Shown here in pieces: positions 11,880 through 20,986 of a DNA stretch of 64,000 nt. Location: contig MFPR01000014.1 in assembly GCA_001784175.1 (NCBI GenBank), positions 1 to 64,000 of the forward strand, written 5' to 3'. The first letter of the stretch is position 1; each line of letters opens with the position of its first letter. Position numbers and translations under genes: made by a program. Source of the stretch: Candidatus Lindowbacteria bacterium RIFCSPLOWO2_12_FULL_62_27. Lineage in GTDB: Bacteria > Lindowbacteria > 2-12-FULL-62-27. The notes under the pieces are model-generated. The model was not told the origin of the DNA and made no database searches. It saw nothing but the letters and a program-made list of their open reading frames with translations.

Positions 11880-11948
11880 GCGCCTGGTTCACCTCGGACT
11901 TTTGTCTCCATGTGAAATGCCCTACGCTACGCGACTTCTTGCGGCCTG

Positions 11949-12938
11949 TCAACCGCCCGCCAGCCGGATGCGGGACCGGTCGATCAGCAATTTCCGGCCG
12001 CCAGGCAGGTCCAGCGATGCGCGGGCGGCGCTGCGGATCAGCCGTGCGGCCGCGGCCAGATTTTTGTGGCCGCCCAGAACCGCCGACCCGCCGCGCCGGC
12101 GGCCCCACCGCTGCAAAACACGCGCCACCACCGCCTCCGGCCAGTTCCTGAGTTCGGCCGGATCGAGCCTCCCGCGATAAAGACCGTCGGCCAGGTCCGA
12201 CAGCGCGGCGTCCTCCGATTCGAGCGCCTGCTGGGTCGCGGCCATGGCCTTGGCAAACCCGGGATGCCAGGATTTCAGCATCGGGATCAGCTCCAGCCGC
12301 AGACGGTTCCGGAGGAACCGCAGGTCCCGGTTCGTCGAATCTTCGTGATATGAAATTTTCTCCGCCGCCGAAAATTCCAAAATCTCGTCGCGCGTGAACG
12401 GCAAAAGCGGCCGGATGATGTTCAAGGAACCGCCGCCCGCCGCCAGCGTCTCCGTCGATCTCAAACTCGTCAGGCCCCTGAGGCCGCTCCCGCGAAGAAG
12501 AAAGAGAAAAAATGTCTCGATCCGGTCGTCCAGATGATGCGCCTGGGCGATGGCGTCCAGCCGGTATCGCCGGGCAGCGCGCGAAAAAAATTTCAGCCGG
12601 GCCGAGCGACCGGCCGCCTCGAGCCCCTCCCCGGTCGCCCGGAGGCGGACCCGGTCAACGACGAGCGGCGCGCGCACGCGCCGCGACAGCGCCCGGAGGA
12701 CCGCTCGATCCCGGCGGCGCTCGGCCACGGGCCGAATCCCATGGTCCAGATGCAGGAGGACAACACGCCGAACCCCAAGATGCGCCTTCATGCGCCCGAT
12801 CAGCGCCGCCAGCACACACGAATCCCGCCCGCCCGATACCCCGATCCCCAGGCGGAGGCGCCGGCCGGCACCGGAGGCGCCGAACTGTGTCCGCCAGAAA
12901 TGCAAGAAACGCGAAACGAACGCGCGGGAACTCGACAT
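11949..12938 (-). CDS. tilS: tRNA(Ile)-lysidine synthetase (short form)
   Basis: SGGRDS PP-loop, AHHLDDRIET, RPLL, EDSTN..RNRLR. Confidence 0.92.
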   Translation of the reverse strand: MSSSRAFVSRFLHFWRTQFGASGAGRRLRLGIGVSGGRDSCVLAALIGRMKAHLGVRRVVLLHLDHGIRPVAERRRDRAVLRALSRRVRAPLVVDRVRLRATGEGLEAAGRSARLKFFSRAARRYRLDAIAQAHHLDDRIETFFLFLLRGSGLRGLTSLRSTETLAAGGGSLNIIRPLLPFTRDEILEFSAAEKISYHEDSTNRDLRFLRNRLRLELIPMLKSWHPGFAKAMAATQQALESEDAALSDLADGLYRGRLDPAELRNWPEAVVARVLQRWGRRRGGSAVLGGHKNLAAAARLIRSAARASLDLPGGRKLLIDRSRIRLAGG

Positions 12939-12984
12939 CGCCGGCAGTCTATCTCAGCCCGCCTCAATCTGCTATGACGGGATC

Positions 12985-14304
12985 ATGCGGCTCCCGGAAT
13001 TTCGGATGGAATCGCTCTTTACGGGGTGCCTCGTTGCGGCGGCGCTGATCGGGCTCACGAATCTCTACAGCGCGGCGGGCGGCGGGCAGGAGGAGTATTT
13101 CTGGCGGCAGGTTCTCGCGACGGCGGCCGGCGTGGGGATATGCGCGGTCCTGGCCGCAACCGATTACCGGTCCCTGCGGCGCACCGGCGCGCTCCTGTAT
13201 ATTCTGGGCAACGTCGTGCTGCTCCTGACGGCGCTCATGGGCCGCGAAGTCAAAGCCACGCGGTCGTGGCTTTCCTTCGGGATTTTTTCGGTGCAGCCGT
13301 CGGAGCTGTTCAAGGGTATTTTCATTCTCCATCTGGCGGCGTATCTCGGTCAGATCCAGCGCGAACACCGTGCGACGCTCCTGCGCGGGCTTTTCATTCC
13401 GCTCTTGCTTCTGGCCATACCGGTCGCGCTCACCCTGTATCAGGGAGACGCGGGGACGGCGGCCGTTTACATTCCGGTTTTCTTTGTGATGATCTACACG
13501 GCCGGCCTGCATTTCGCCCTGATCGGCATCGCCCTCAGCGTCGGCGCCCTCGCGGCCGCCACCGCCACCCTCCGCGTCTTCATCGAAACCACGCACACCG
13601 GATGGGAAGCCTTCATACAGAAGTACCTGTTCGGATCGCTTGCGTGGCCCGTGTTCGGGCTGACGTTTCTGGCCTGCGCCCTGTTTCTGATCCTGCGCCT
13701 CCGGTTCACGCATTACCGGGGCGGCCACAAGACGCGATTCGTGATGCTGATGGTGGCGGTTCTGTTTGCGGGTCTGCAATCGGGCGAAGTGTTCTATCAG
13801 AAGCTGAAACCTCATCAGAAAAATCGCATCGCGTCTTTTTTCAACCCGCAGATCGACCCGCGCGGCGCCGGATACCAGGCGCTTCAAGCCCGGATCGCGG
13901 TCGGCTCCGGCGGGATATGGGGCAAAGGGTATTTCAAGGGCACGCAGAAGGGCCTTGGGTTTTTGCCGGAACAGTGGACCGATTTCGCTTTCAGCGTCCT
14001 CGCCGAGGAATGGGGATTTGCCGGCAGCACGGCCACCCTGCTGATCTATGGCCTGCTCATCGGGTCCGCCCTCTCGATCGGCCGCAACGCCACCGACCTC
14101 TACGGGTGCCTCGTGGCGACCGGAACGGCCGCGCTGTATTTCATCCACATGGGAATCGGCGTCGCCATGAATCTCGGCGCGTTTCCGGTCGTCGGCATCC
14201 CCATGCCCTTCCTCTCCTACGGCGGCTCCGCCCAAGTCCTCAATTTCATGATGGCCGGCCTCACCCTCTCGGTAGCCCGCCACCGGCGGCTTTTGGCGGC
14301 GTAG
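12985..14304 (+). CDS. rodA: SEDS peptidoglycan glycosyltransferase RodA
   Basis: QPSELFK, GYQ..AVGSGG, FLPEQWTDF..EEWGF, PFLSYGGS; real start is ATG 12985 within ORF 12550..14304. Confidence 0.88.
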   Translation: MRLPEFRMESLFTGCLVAAALIGLTNLYSAAGGGQEEYFWRQVLATAAGVGICAVLAATDYRSLRRTGALLYILGNVVLLLTALMGREVKATRSWLSFGIFSVQPSELFKGIFILHLAAYLGQIQREHRATLLRGLFIPLLLLAIPVALTLYQGDAGTAAVYIPVFFVMIYTAGLHFALIGIALSVGALAAATATLRVFIETTHTGWEAFIQKYLFGSLAWPVFGLTFLACALFLILRLRFTHYRGGHKTRFVMLMVAVLFAGLQSGEVFYQKLKPHQKNRIASFFNPQIDPRGAGYQALQARIAVGSGGIWGKGYFKGTQKGLGFLPEQWTDFAFSVLAEEWGFAGSTATLLIYGLLIGSALSIGRNATDLYGCLVATGTAALYFIHMGIGVAMNLGAFPVVGIPMPFLSYGGSAQVLNFMMAGLTLSVARHRRLLAA

Positions 14305-14323
14305 CGCCGGCCCACCCCCGTCG

Positions 14324-15403
14324 TCAGGCTGAAACGACGACGCTGTCGGAGATTTTGTCGTGCCACGCCATCCGGCGGGCGTCCCAGAACGCCCAGAGGA
14401 AACCCAGAAACAGCGGCGCCGCGGAAAGATAATAGAGGACGCACCTCAAGAAGGCGCGTTTGAATCCGAGCGGCGTTCCGTCCGAGCCGACCACCCGGAG
14501 TTTCAGCAGTCGTTTTCCGGGCGTAGCGCCCTTTTTCCAAAGTAGGAGCGTCGAATATAGGATAAAGATCGCCTGCCAGAGAACGCCGCCCGCTTTTTTC
14601 AGTTTGCCTCTTCGGCGGTTGAGCGACTGCCTCTCTGCGTCGAGCGGATGGCCGGCCGGAATGTCGCCCGGCGCCTTGAATCCCTCAGCGGCCATCGCCC
14701 GGCGAAACTCCGTCTGGCCTTTATGGATTTTTGAGCGCGCGCCGAGCGTCAGAACAAGGACCGCCAGAAAAACCAGCACGGCGTCGAGGCCGAACGCCGC
14801 CGCCCGCCGCCATACGGACGCCGGGCGCGGCGAGAGCGCGACGCCCGAATCAAAAACGATCTCGGGCGCAGGCGCCGCCGGCGGCGATTCGCCCTCCCGC
14901 AGCACCCGGTATACTTTGATCTTGTGCGGGATTCCCTTGAGGACGCGATATCCGATCTCGGCGGACGGGACCTCGGATTTGTTCATGGCCAGGTAGGTGG
15001 CCTCGGTGAAGTATATCTCGTTGGCTTCGGCGATGCCCTCGATCCGGGCCGCGATGTTGACCGCCTCGCCGTAGATGTCGCCCTCCTCGAGGGTCACCTC
15101 GCCCGTGTTGATCGCCACCCGGATCTCGATGCGGTCCGGTTCGGCGAGCGTGGCGTTGTGGGTTCGCAGGGTTTCCTGAAGCTCCATGCCGGTGAGAACG
15201 GCGTCGGTCGGACTTTCAAAGGTCACCAAAAACGCGTCGCCGATGGTTTTGATGAGTTTCCCGCCCCGGTTCTCGATCACCGGCAGAAGCAGTTCGCGGT
15301 GCCGGCGAAGCATGTCCATCGTCGCGCTTCGGCTCTGCCCGCTCGTCCGGGGAGTGAATCCCTTCATGTCGGTAAACACGATGGTGAGGTTCTTGGTATC
15401 CAC
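14324..15403 (-). CDS. Class III adenylate/guanylate cyclase fused to an RDD membrane domain
   Basis: VFTDMKGFT, KTIGDA, DIYGEAVNIAARIE; C-terminal WRRAAAFGLD..TPGK..WHDKI. Confidence 0.85.
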   Translation of the reverse strand: MDTKNLTIVFTDMKGFTPRTSGQSRSATMDMLRRHRELLLPVIENRGGKLIKTIGDAFLVTFESPTDAVLTGMELQETLRTHNATLAEPDRIEIRVAINTGEVTLEEGDIYGEAVNIAARIEGIAEANEIYFTEATYLAMNKSEVPSAEIGYRVLKGIPHKIKVYRVLREGESPPAAPAPEIVFDSGVALSPRPASVWRRAAAFGLDAVLVFLAVLVLTLGARSKIHKGQTEFRRAMAAEGFKAPGDIPAGHPLDAERQSLNRRRGKLKKAGGVLWQAIFILYSTLLLWKKGATPGKRLLKLRVVGSDGTPLGFKRAFLRCVLYYLSAAPLFLGFLWAFWDARRMAWHDKISDSVVVSA

Positions 15404-15499
15404 GAGAGCGCAACACTATCTTATACCATTCCGCGCCGCCAGCCCATTGACGGAGGGCCGCCGGCGTTATAGAGTGGCGCAAATTTTGAGGAGGCTTGT

Positions 15500-15691
15500 A
15501 TGGCCAGAGTATGCGAGATTTGCGGCAAGGCGCCGGCCAGCGGGAACAACGTGAGTCACGCGCGCAACAAGACCCGCCGGCGATGGATGCCCAACCTACA
15601 GAAAATCAAAATCACCCTGCACGGCCGGGTCTGCCGGGCCAACGTCTGCACGCGTTGCATCAAGTCCGACCGGATCCGGAAAGCCGCCTGA
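15500..15691 (+). CDS. rpmB: 50S ribosomal protein L28
   Basis: [41 protein letters not shown]-17-TAGAGT upstream (15447-15475). Confidence 0.96.
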   Translation: MARVCEICGKAPASGNNVSHARNKTRRRWMPNLQKIKITLHGRVCRANVCTRCIKSDRIRKAA

Positions 15692-15760
15692 CCCCCGGCC
15701 CGGACTCGGTCCCAGGGCCCCAGGCGCCCTTCCGCGCCCGACGGCGGCCCTGCCGTCCCG

Positions 15761-15816
15761 AGTGATATCATGATATCATGATAGCTATCATGATATCATG
15801 ATATCATGATATCACT
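15761..15816. repeat. Palindromic tandem array of TGATATCA octamers
   Basis: agTGATATCA TGATATCA tgatagctatca TGATATCA TGATATCA TGATATCAct; AT-rich island ending at the TTG start of the 1714-aa ORF. Confidence 0.9.
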
Positions 15817-18800
15817 TGGCTTCGGAGTCCTTTCCAGATGAACTGACGGGGGTTTTCCCGCCGGGGGACCCCGAGTCCCTGGAGGGGATGAGGCTCCTTA
15901 ACCGGCTCCTCCTCCGGTTTTCACGGCCCCGCGAGGTTCTCCGGGGAATTGCCAATCTCGTCCGGTCCGGCGATCCACTGGTGGCGCCGCCGGAAACGTT
16001 CCTCCACCGGCGATATGCACAGCAGTTTGAAAATTGGGATTACCCCGTGACGGTCCAGTCCCTGGTGGAGACGGAGGAAGGGCGGCTCCTGTCGTTGCCG
16101 CCCGGATCCCGGCGGTTTTCGAAGTTCCGCAGAATCATCCCGGACATTGTGAACCTCCAGCTTCAAGTCCGCTTCCCCCGCCTCCTGGCGGAACTGGCGA
16201 ACCGGCCGAACCTTTTTTTTCCGGGCGTTTTTTTTCCGCAGGAGCTGGAGATCGGAAACATGGAAATGATCTCGGCTCTCCACGGGACATTTTATGTCGT
16301 CCACGCGGAGCTCAAGGTCGGGCGGCCCGCCGGGCGCGGCCAGCCGGCGTCGGTCGTGCTGAAACCGACGGACATGGCGCTGGAGTCGATCGTCACGTTC
16401 ACCCTGCAGTTCATCAACCGCCGGCTCGATCCAGCCACCCGGAGAAGCCTCGGGCCGATTCTGGCGCCCACCATTGTTTCGATCGACGACCGCTACGGCA
16501 TCATGGATCTCATCCCCGGCAAAAACGGCGTCGAGTTCCTTCCCCAGGGCATCCAGGCCGGGTCCATTCAGGAACTTCGCCGGAACGAGTTTCCGCCGGA
16601 CCTCGATCTTTCGCGCGAAGAAGTTCTGCAAATTGCCCGTGAATTTTCCAAGCAGGCTGTGATGGCCTATTACCTCCGGCTGTACGACCGCAAGCCTGAC
16701 CAGTTGATGATTCACCGGATCGAAGACGGTCCCGCGCGGGCGGCGCTCCAATTCGCGCACATCGATTTTGGCCGGGCCCTCAAACGGAATTATGCCCTGC
16801 CCTGGAAGCGCCACTATGATCCGACCCGGCCGCCGCTGGTGTTCGACGTTCACGAAATTCCATATTTTGAGGCCGCCGCCGCATTCATCTACCTTCCTCA
16901 TTTCATTCCGGCGGATCTGAAGGACCGGTTGAGTCCGTTCGACGGCGAAATGCGGGAGGTGATCATCGAGACCTTTGTCCGGCTGGCGGGCGAAATCAAA
17001 TCGGAAGCGGACGAAATTCACTCGCTCCTCAAATACCTCATCGGCCGCCGGACCCAGTACCGGCCCGTGGAGGTTCAGGATATTTGTGTGGCGCCGGAGG
17101 ACGTGGAGGAGGTCTATACCACGCTCATCGCGCTGGACGACCCGGAGGACATCATCGAATCGATCCTGAACCTGGCCTATCACGAGCGCGAAGGCACGGC
17201 CGCGCTCCTTGCGGACGGCGACGACGAAAGCGGCGTCTATCGCCGGGCGCTGTTGTCCGGAGACCGCGTGACCCGCCTCACGGACCGATTGGACGGCGCT
17301 CACCCCTACCGGCTGCGGGACTATCGAACGCAGGGCCGGGTTTCGTACGACGTGGAACAGAAAAAACTGCGGATCCATTTTGGCGATCAACCGGAGCGCG
17401 TGATCGCGCACGTCGAGCGGCAGTATTCCGCCCGGCTGGCCCGCTTCATCCGCCAATACCCGGGCGACCCGCGCGGCGTCGAGCTTGAAATCGTCAGCGA
17501 CGGAAGCGTCACCGCGCGAAAAGTATCGCCGGACGGCCGGACGGGGCTTCGGCAGAAGCTGCGGTTTCCGCCCGACATCATGCAGGAGATCAACGAATCC
17601 GGGTCGGGATTTTCGCCCGCCGCGCACGTTCTGGCGCACGCCGCCGACTACAAGATGCGCCCGGCCGCCGACGACTACCTGCTGGATGAAATCGACAAAC
17701 ATCGGCGGATCATTGCCAACGATCTGGAAGGCCGGGAAATCCTCCAGTTCATGATGGCGACCGAGCCACCCGGCCATCCGCTCAACGCCGCCATGGCGGA
17801 GATGGTCCGGTACCTGCTGGCCAATCCGGATTACCTGGCCGACAAGGACCCCTACGAGAGCATCAATCAACTGGTCCTGTCGCTGGCGCGCAAGCATCTG
17901 CAACGGCGATGGCCCGGCGGCCGCGCGATGATCGAGGAATTTCTGCCGAAAAACTTTCTGGAGGCCATCCACCCGCTGGGACTGCCGATCCTCGGTCTCT
18001 ACGAGCATGTCGACCTGTCGCATTTCATCCATCTGATCCTCACGGTCCGGCTGGCGGACGAGCTGGGCAGGCGAGCCGCCCTGGCGCCGGCCGAACTGAA
18101 AATCCTCCGGACGGCCGCCTTCCTCCACGACCTGAACGTCATGGACGTGCATTTCCGGGAGGCGTTGATGGAGCCCAGCGGCCGCTTGAACCGGCCCATT
18201 CTCGCGCAGGTGATGGAACGGCACGCGGAGATTGCCGCGGAGATTTTTGAAAAGTCCCTGTCGGAACGGAAAATTTCCGCGCCCGACGGCATGACGGCGG
18301 AGATGCTGCTTCACATCCTGAAAAACCATCATCGCCCCTCCGGCCGGGTGGAGCAAATCCTGCACCTCGCGGACAACATCGCCGTCTTCGCCGACCGGAC
18401 GCGTCCCGATCACTGGAACCGGGGTTTTTTGCGGCTGGAGGAGATCGCACCGCGATGGATCGACGCCCAACTGGAGCGCAAGCTGATCGACCGCGAGGTT
18501 TGGTCCGCGGCCCAGGGATTTTTTTCCGATCCGAAAAACTACGCGCTCCTTCGCGAGCTGGACCGCATGTCGGCCTTTTTCCCCCAGGTGTTCGCCGCCC
18601 TCCAGATGGCCGCCGCGCTGCACTTGGGTCTCAATCCCCAGCACACCAATCCGATGGCGGACCTGCGCGAGCGCCACGGGGAGGATCTGGTCAACCGGAT
18701 CTTCGACAATCTCATGAAGTCCGGCCTGTCGGTTCGGGACAAGATCAAGGTGTTGAACCGGACCGACGCTATCGCGCCGATGTTTCGGAAGGAAACCGTG

Positions 18801-20960
18801 TCGTCCTTCGCGTTCATCAACGCCGCCATTCAGCCGGTCCAGCGCATGGTTGAACTCATTGTCCGGTTCGTAACGGAAGGCCGGACGGTCATCCTGATGG
18901 GGATTCTGCCGCGCGTGATGAAGACGTACCAGCGATTCCGGTCCCGGTACGCGGGCGACACCGCGCGGGAAGGGCGGCGGGACTGGGAGCGGGTGTGCGT
19001 GATCGCCGGCGTGCGGCGGCTCCAGTTCATCACGCATTCGTATCCCTACGAGGCTGACTTCAGGATGCCGTTTCACAAAATCATCCGGACGTTCCGCGAG
19101 TCGCGCGGCGTTCAAGAGCCCTGCTGCCTGATCCCCTTCGAGCGGTTCATGGAATCATACGCGCCGACCGCCGACGCCGAGACCCGCGTGCGGCAGCTCG
19201 AGAAGGCGTCCGATGTCGAAGAATTGCGGGGATCCGACCATATCCGCGCGGAAGCCGGGCGGTATCTCCAGTGGGAGAGCGCGCATCCGGACCGGACGTT
19301 CGACGATCGGGCCAAGGAGCGGTTTCGGAGGATCCTGCTGAGCAACTTCACCAACCGGGACGTCCTTCTGTTCTATGATGAAACCGTCCACGGCGACGTC
19401 TCGTTCACAAAGGCGCTCCGGGAGGTCATCGGCGCGCTCCACGAAAATCCCAATTACCTCAGCGACCGCTCCGTCTACTACAGCCTGCAGGAACTGGTTC
19501 GATCGTTCGGCCAGATCCATTTTTACGGAAAGGGTGCGGCCGACATTACGGCCGATCTCGGGAAATTCCTCAAGGCCGAGGGACTCGCGACGTGCGCCGG
19601 CATGGCGCGGCTCCTGGACGCGCTCAAACCCCAGTTCACCTTCGCCAAACAGAACCTCTCGGTCAGCCTCCAGATTGCAGTGGCGCTGGGCCGGCGCTGG
19701 GAAAAAACCGCCCGGACAAAACTTTCGGAGGATGACTGGCGGGCGATCACCGCCGGGATACTGCTTTCCGGCACCCTCCTCGACGACGAAACCCTCGCCG
19801 ATTACGCGCTGTCGCCCGAAGACATCTCCGCCAACCGCGCGCTCCGGCATCTTTTGTTTGACGCCCGGCCGCCCCTCTGGTCCCTCATCCGCCGCCGCAA
19901 CGACCTGCCGGGGGCATTGAAGGATTCCGACGAGGCGCGGTTGCGCCGGCTGTTTGACGACAGCCCGGTCGATCCGGCCGACGCTGTGCCGTTCCTGCTG
20001 ATCCACACCGGGCTCATTTTCGGGTCGTATTGCGATTTTTCGAAAGTTGAAAACTGGAAACGCGGAAAAATCGTCATCTCGGCGGAGGACCTCGAGTTTC
20101 TCTGGGAACTTCTGCACGGCGCATTTCAGGCCCACGGACTGAAACCGCCGGCCCGGTTCGATGAAAGCTTGCGGGCCTTTTGCAGGAAACCCGGGCCGGC
20201 CCTGCTGAACGCCCATGCCGCCAAGACCCATTCGTATGTCCGGCTCTTCAATGCGCTCAGCCTCGCGGCTGAATTGCGATACGGCCTGAAAGCGCGCGGA
20301 TTCGATCTCTTTCACCACGTGCGGACCATCTTCGGCGGCAAGGTCGCGGATCTCGTCGTGGAAGGCATCATGACGGCCGATTTCCCGCTCCGCGAAAAGG
20401 TCAAGTTTGCCCGAAAGCTCCGGCTCCTCGCAGCGGCCGTCCAGGAGGAGCGGGGACTGCCGGCGCGGCTCATGTTCATTCACACCGAACAGCCGCTGGG
20501 CGCGCCGCCTGTCCGGGATATCCGGCGGGCCCTCCGGATCGGGCCGGCCGCCGGCCGCGCGCCGGCGCTGATGGTGCCGTCGGGGGATTTTGATCGGACG
20601 GAGCGGATGTTCTCATACCTGTGCGCCCGGTTCGACCCGCAGGAATTCCGGGATTTCCGCCGACAGGCCAAATTCCTGGTCGGGGAGGATTATCCGCTGC
20701 TCATCAAGGAAAAAAGTCTACAGAAAACGGATTGGTTCCGGGACCGGATCGCCGCGTTTCGAAAAAGCCGCAACCTCTCCAGCCGCCACCTCTTCGTACC
20801 CGTCAGCGAGCTTACGGATCCCGGCCCGTCCACGGCCGGCGTCAGAGACGCCGGCACTTGGGGCGCCGGAGGCGCTGACCCGGGCGGCGGCATTCCGGCC
20901 GCGCGGGGAGGCGACAAGGGCCTCTTTTTCTTCAGGACGTGGATGCAGTTGTTTGATTAA
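15816..20960 (+). CDS. 1714-aa protein: PI3K/PI4K/HipA-like kinase domain plus a duplicated HD-phosphohydrolase module
   Basis: VVLK183P, LYD291RK, HID317FG; AAFLH771D, NH838H, LAD853; internal duplication offset ~545 aa; exact start uncertain. Confidence 0.75.
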   Translation: MASESFPDELTGVFPPGDPESLEGMRLLNRLLLRFSRPREVLRGIANLVRSGDPLVAPPETFLHRRYAQQFENWDYPVTVQSLVETEEGRLLSLPPGSRRFSKFRRIIPDIVNLQLQVRFPRLLAELANRPNLFFPGVFFPQELEIGNMEMISALHGTFYVVHAELKVGRPAGRGQPASVVLKPTDMALESIVTFTLQFINRRLDPATRRSLGPILAPTIVSIDDRYGIMDLIPGKNGVEFLPQGIQAGSIQELRRNEFPPDLDLSREEVLQIAREFSKQAVMAYYLRLYDRKPDQLMIHRIEDGPARAALQFAHIDFGRALKRNYALPWKRHYDPTRPPLVFDVHEIPYFEAAAAFIYLPHFIPADLKDRLSPFDGEMREVIIETFVRLAGEIKSEADEIHSLLKYLIGRRTQYRPVEVQDICVAPEDVEEVYTTLIALDDPEDIIESILNLAYHEREGTAALLADGDDESGVYRRALLSGDRVTRLTDRLDGAHPYRLRDYRTQGRVSYDVEQKKLRIHFGDQPERVIAHVERQYSARLARFIRQYPGDPRGVELEIVSDGSVTARKVSPDGRTGLRQKLRFPPDIMQEINESGSGFSPAAHVLAHAADYKMRPAADDYLLDEIDKHRRIIANDLEGREILQFMMATEPPGHPLNAAMAEMVRYLLANPDYLADKDPYESINQLVLSLARKHLQRRWPGGRAMIEEFLPKNFLEAIHPLGLPILGLYEHVDLSHFIHLILTVRLADELGRRAALAPAELKILRTAAFLHDLNVMDVHFREALMEPSGRLNRPILAQVMERHAEIAAEIFEKSLSERKISAPDGMTAEMLLHILKNHHRPSGRVEQILHLADNIAVFADRTRPDHWNRGFLRLEEIAPRWIDAQLERKLIDREVWSAAQGFFSDPKNYALLRELDRMSAFFPQVFAALQMAAALHLGLNPQHTNPMADLRERHGEDLVNRIFDNLMKSGLSVRDKIKVLNRTDAIAPMFRKETVSSFAFINAAIQPVQRMVELIVRFVTEGRTVILMGILPRVMKTYQRFRSRYAGDTAREGRRDWERVCVIAGVRRLQFITHSYPYEADFRMPFHKIIRTFRESRGVQEPCCLIPFERFMESYAPTADAETRVRQLEKASDVEELRGSDHIRAEAGRYLQWESAHPDRTFDDRAKERFRRILLSNFTNRDVLLFYDETVHGDVSFTKALREVIGALHENPNYLSDRSVYYSLQELVRSFGQIHFYGKGAADITADLGKFLKAEGLATCAGMARLLDALKPQFTFAKQNLSVSLQIAVALGRRWEKTARTKLSEDDWRAITAGILLSGTLLDDETLADYALSPEDISANRALRHLLFDARPPLWSLIRRRNDLPGALKDSDEARLRRLFDDSPVDPADAVPFLLIHTGLIFGSYCDFSKVENWKRGKIVISAEDLEFLWELLHGAFQAHGLKPPARFDESLRAFCRKPGPALLNAHAAKTHSYVRLFNALSLAAELRYGLKARGFDLFHHVRTIFGGKVADLVVEGIMTADFPLREKVKFARKLRLLAAAVQEERGLPARLMFIHTEQPLGAPPVRDIRRALRIGPAAGRAPALMVPSGDFDRTERMFSYLCARFDPQEFRDFRRQAKFLVGEDYPLLIKEKSLQKTDWFRDRIAAFRKSRNLSSRHLFVPVSELTDPGPSTAGVRDAGTWGAGGADPGGGIPAARGGDKGLFFFRTWMQLFD

Positions 20961-20986
20961 ACGTGATGAGCTAAAGTTCGCGGAAC

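Noticed and set aside
11876-11911. 11-codon uORF ([11 protein letters not shown]) overlapping the hpt start
   Set aside because: No SD of its own and it contains the hpt SD; probably incidental.
12550-12984. N-terminal extensions given by the ORF track (rodA, lipB-lipA, surE, radical SAM 36636..38507, cox subunits, yfhO)
   Set aside because: They overlap neighbouring genes or the tRNA fragment; downstream starts fit family N-termini and stop/start coupling.
15761-15816. TGATATCA array as CRISPR
   Set aside because: 8-bp units with no spacers and no cas genes.
15921-19115. 1064-aa minus-strand ORF, and similar long antisense ORFs such as 50108..52492, 40041..41792, 54326..55969
   Set aside because: Antisense shadows of genes with clear motifs; expected in high-GC DNA and lacking recognisable motifs.
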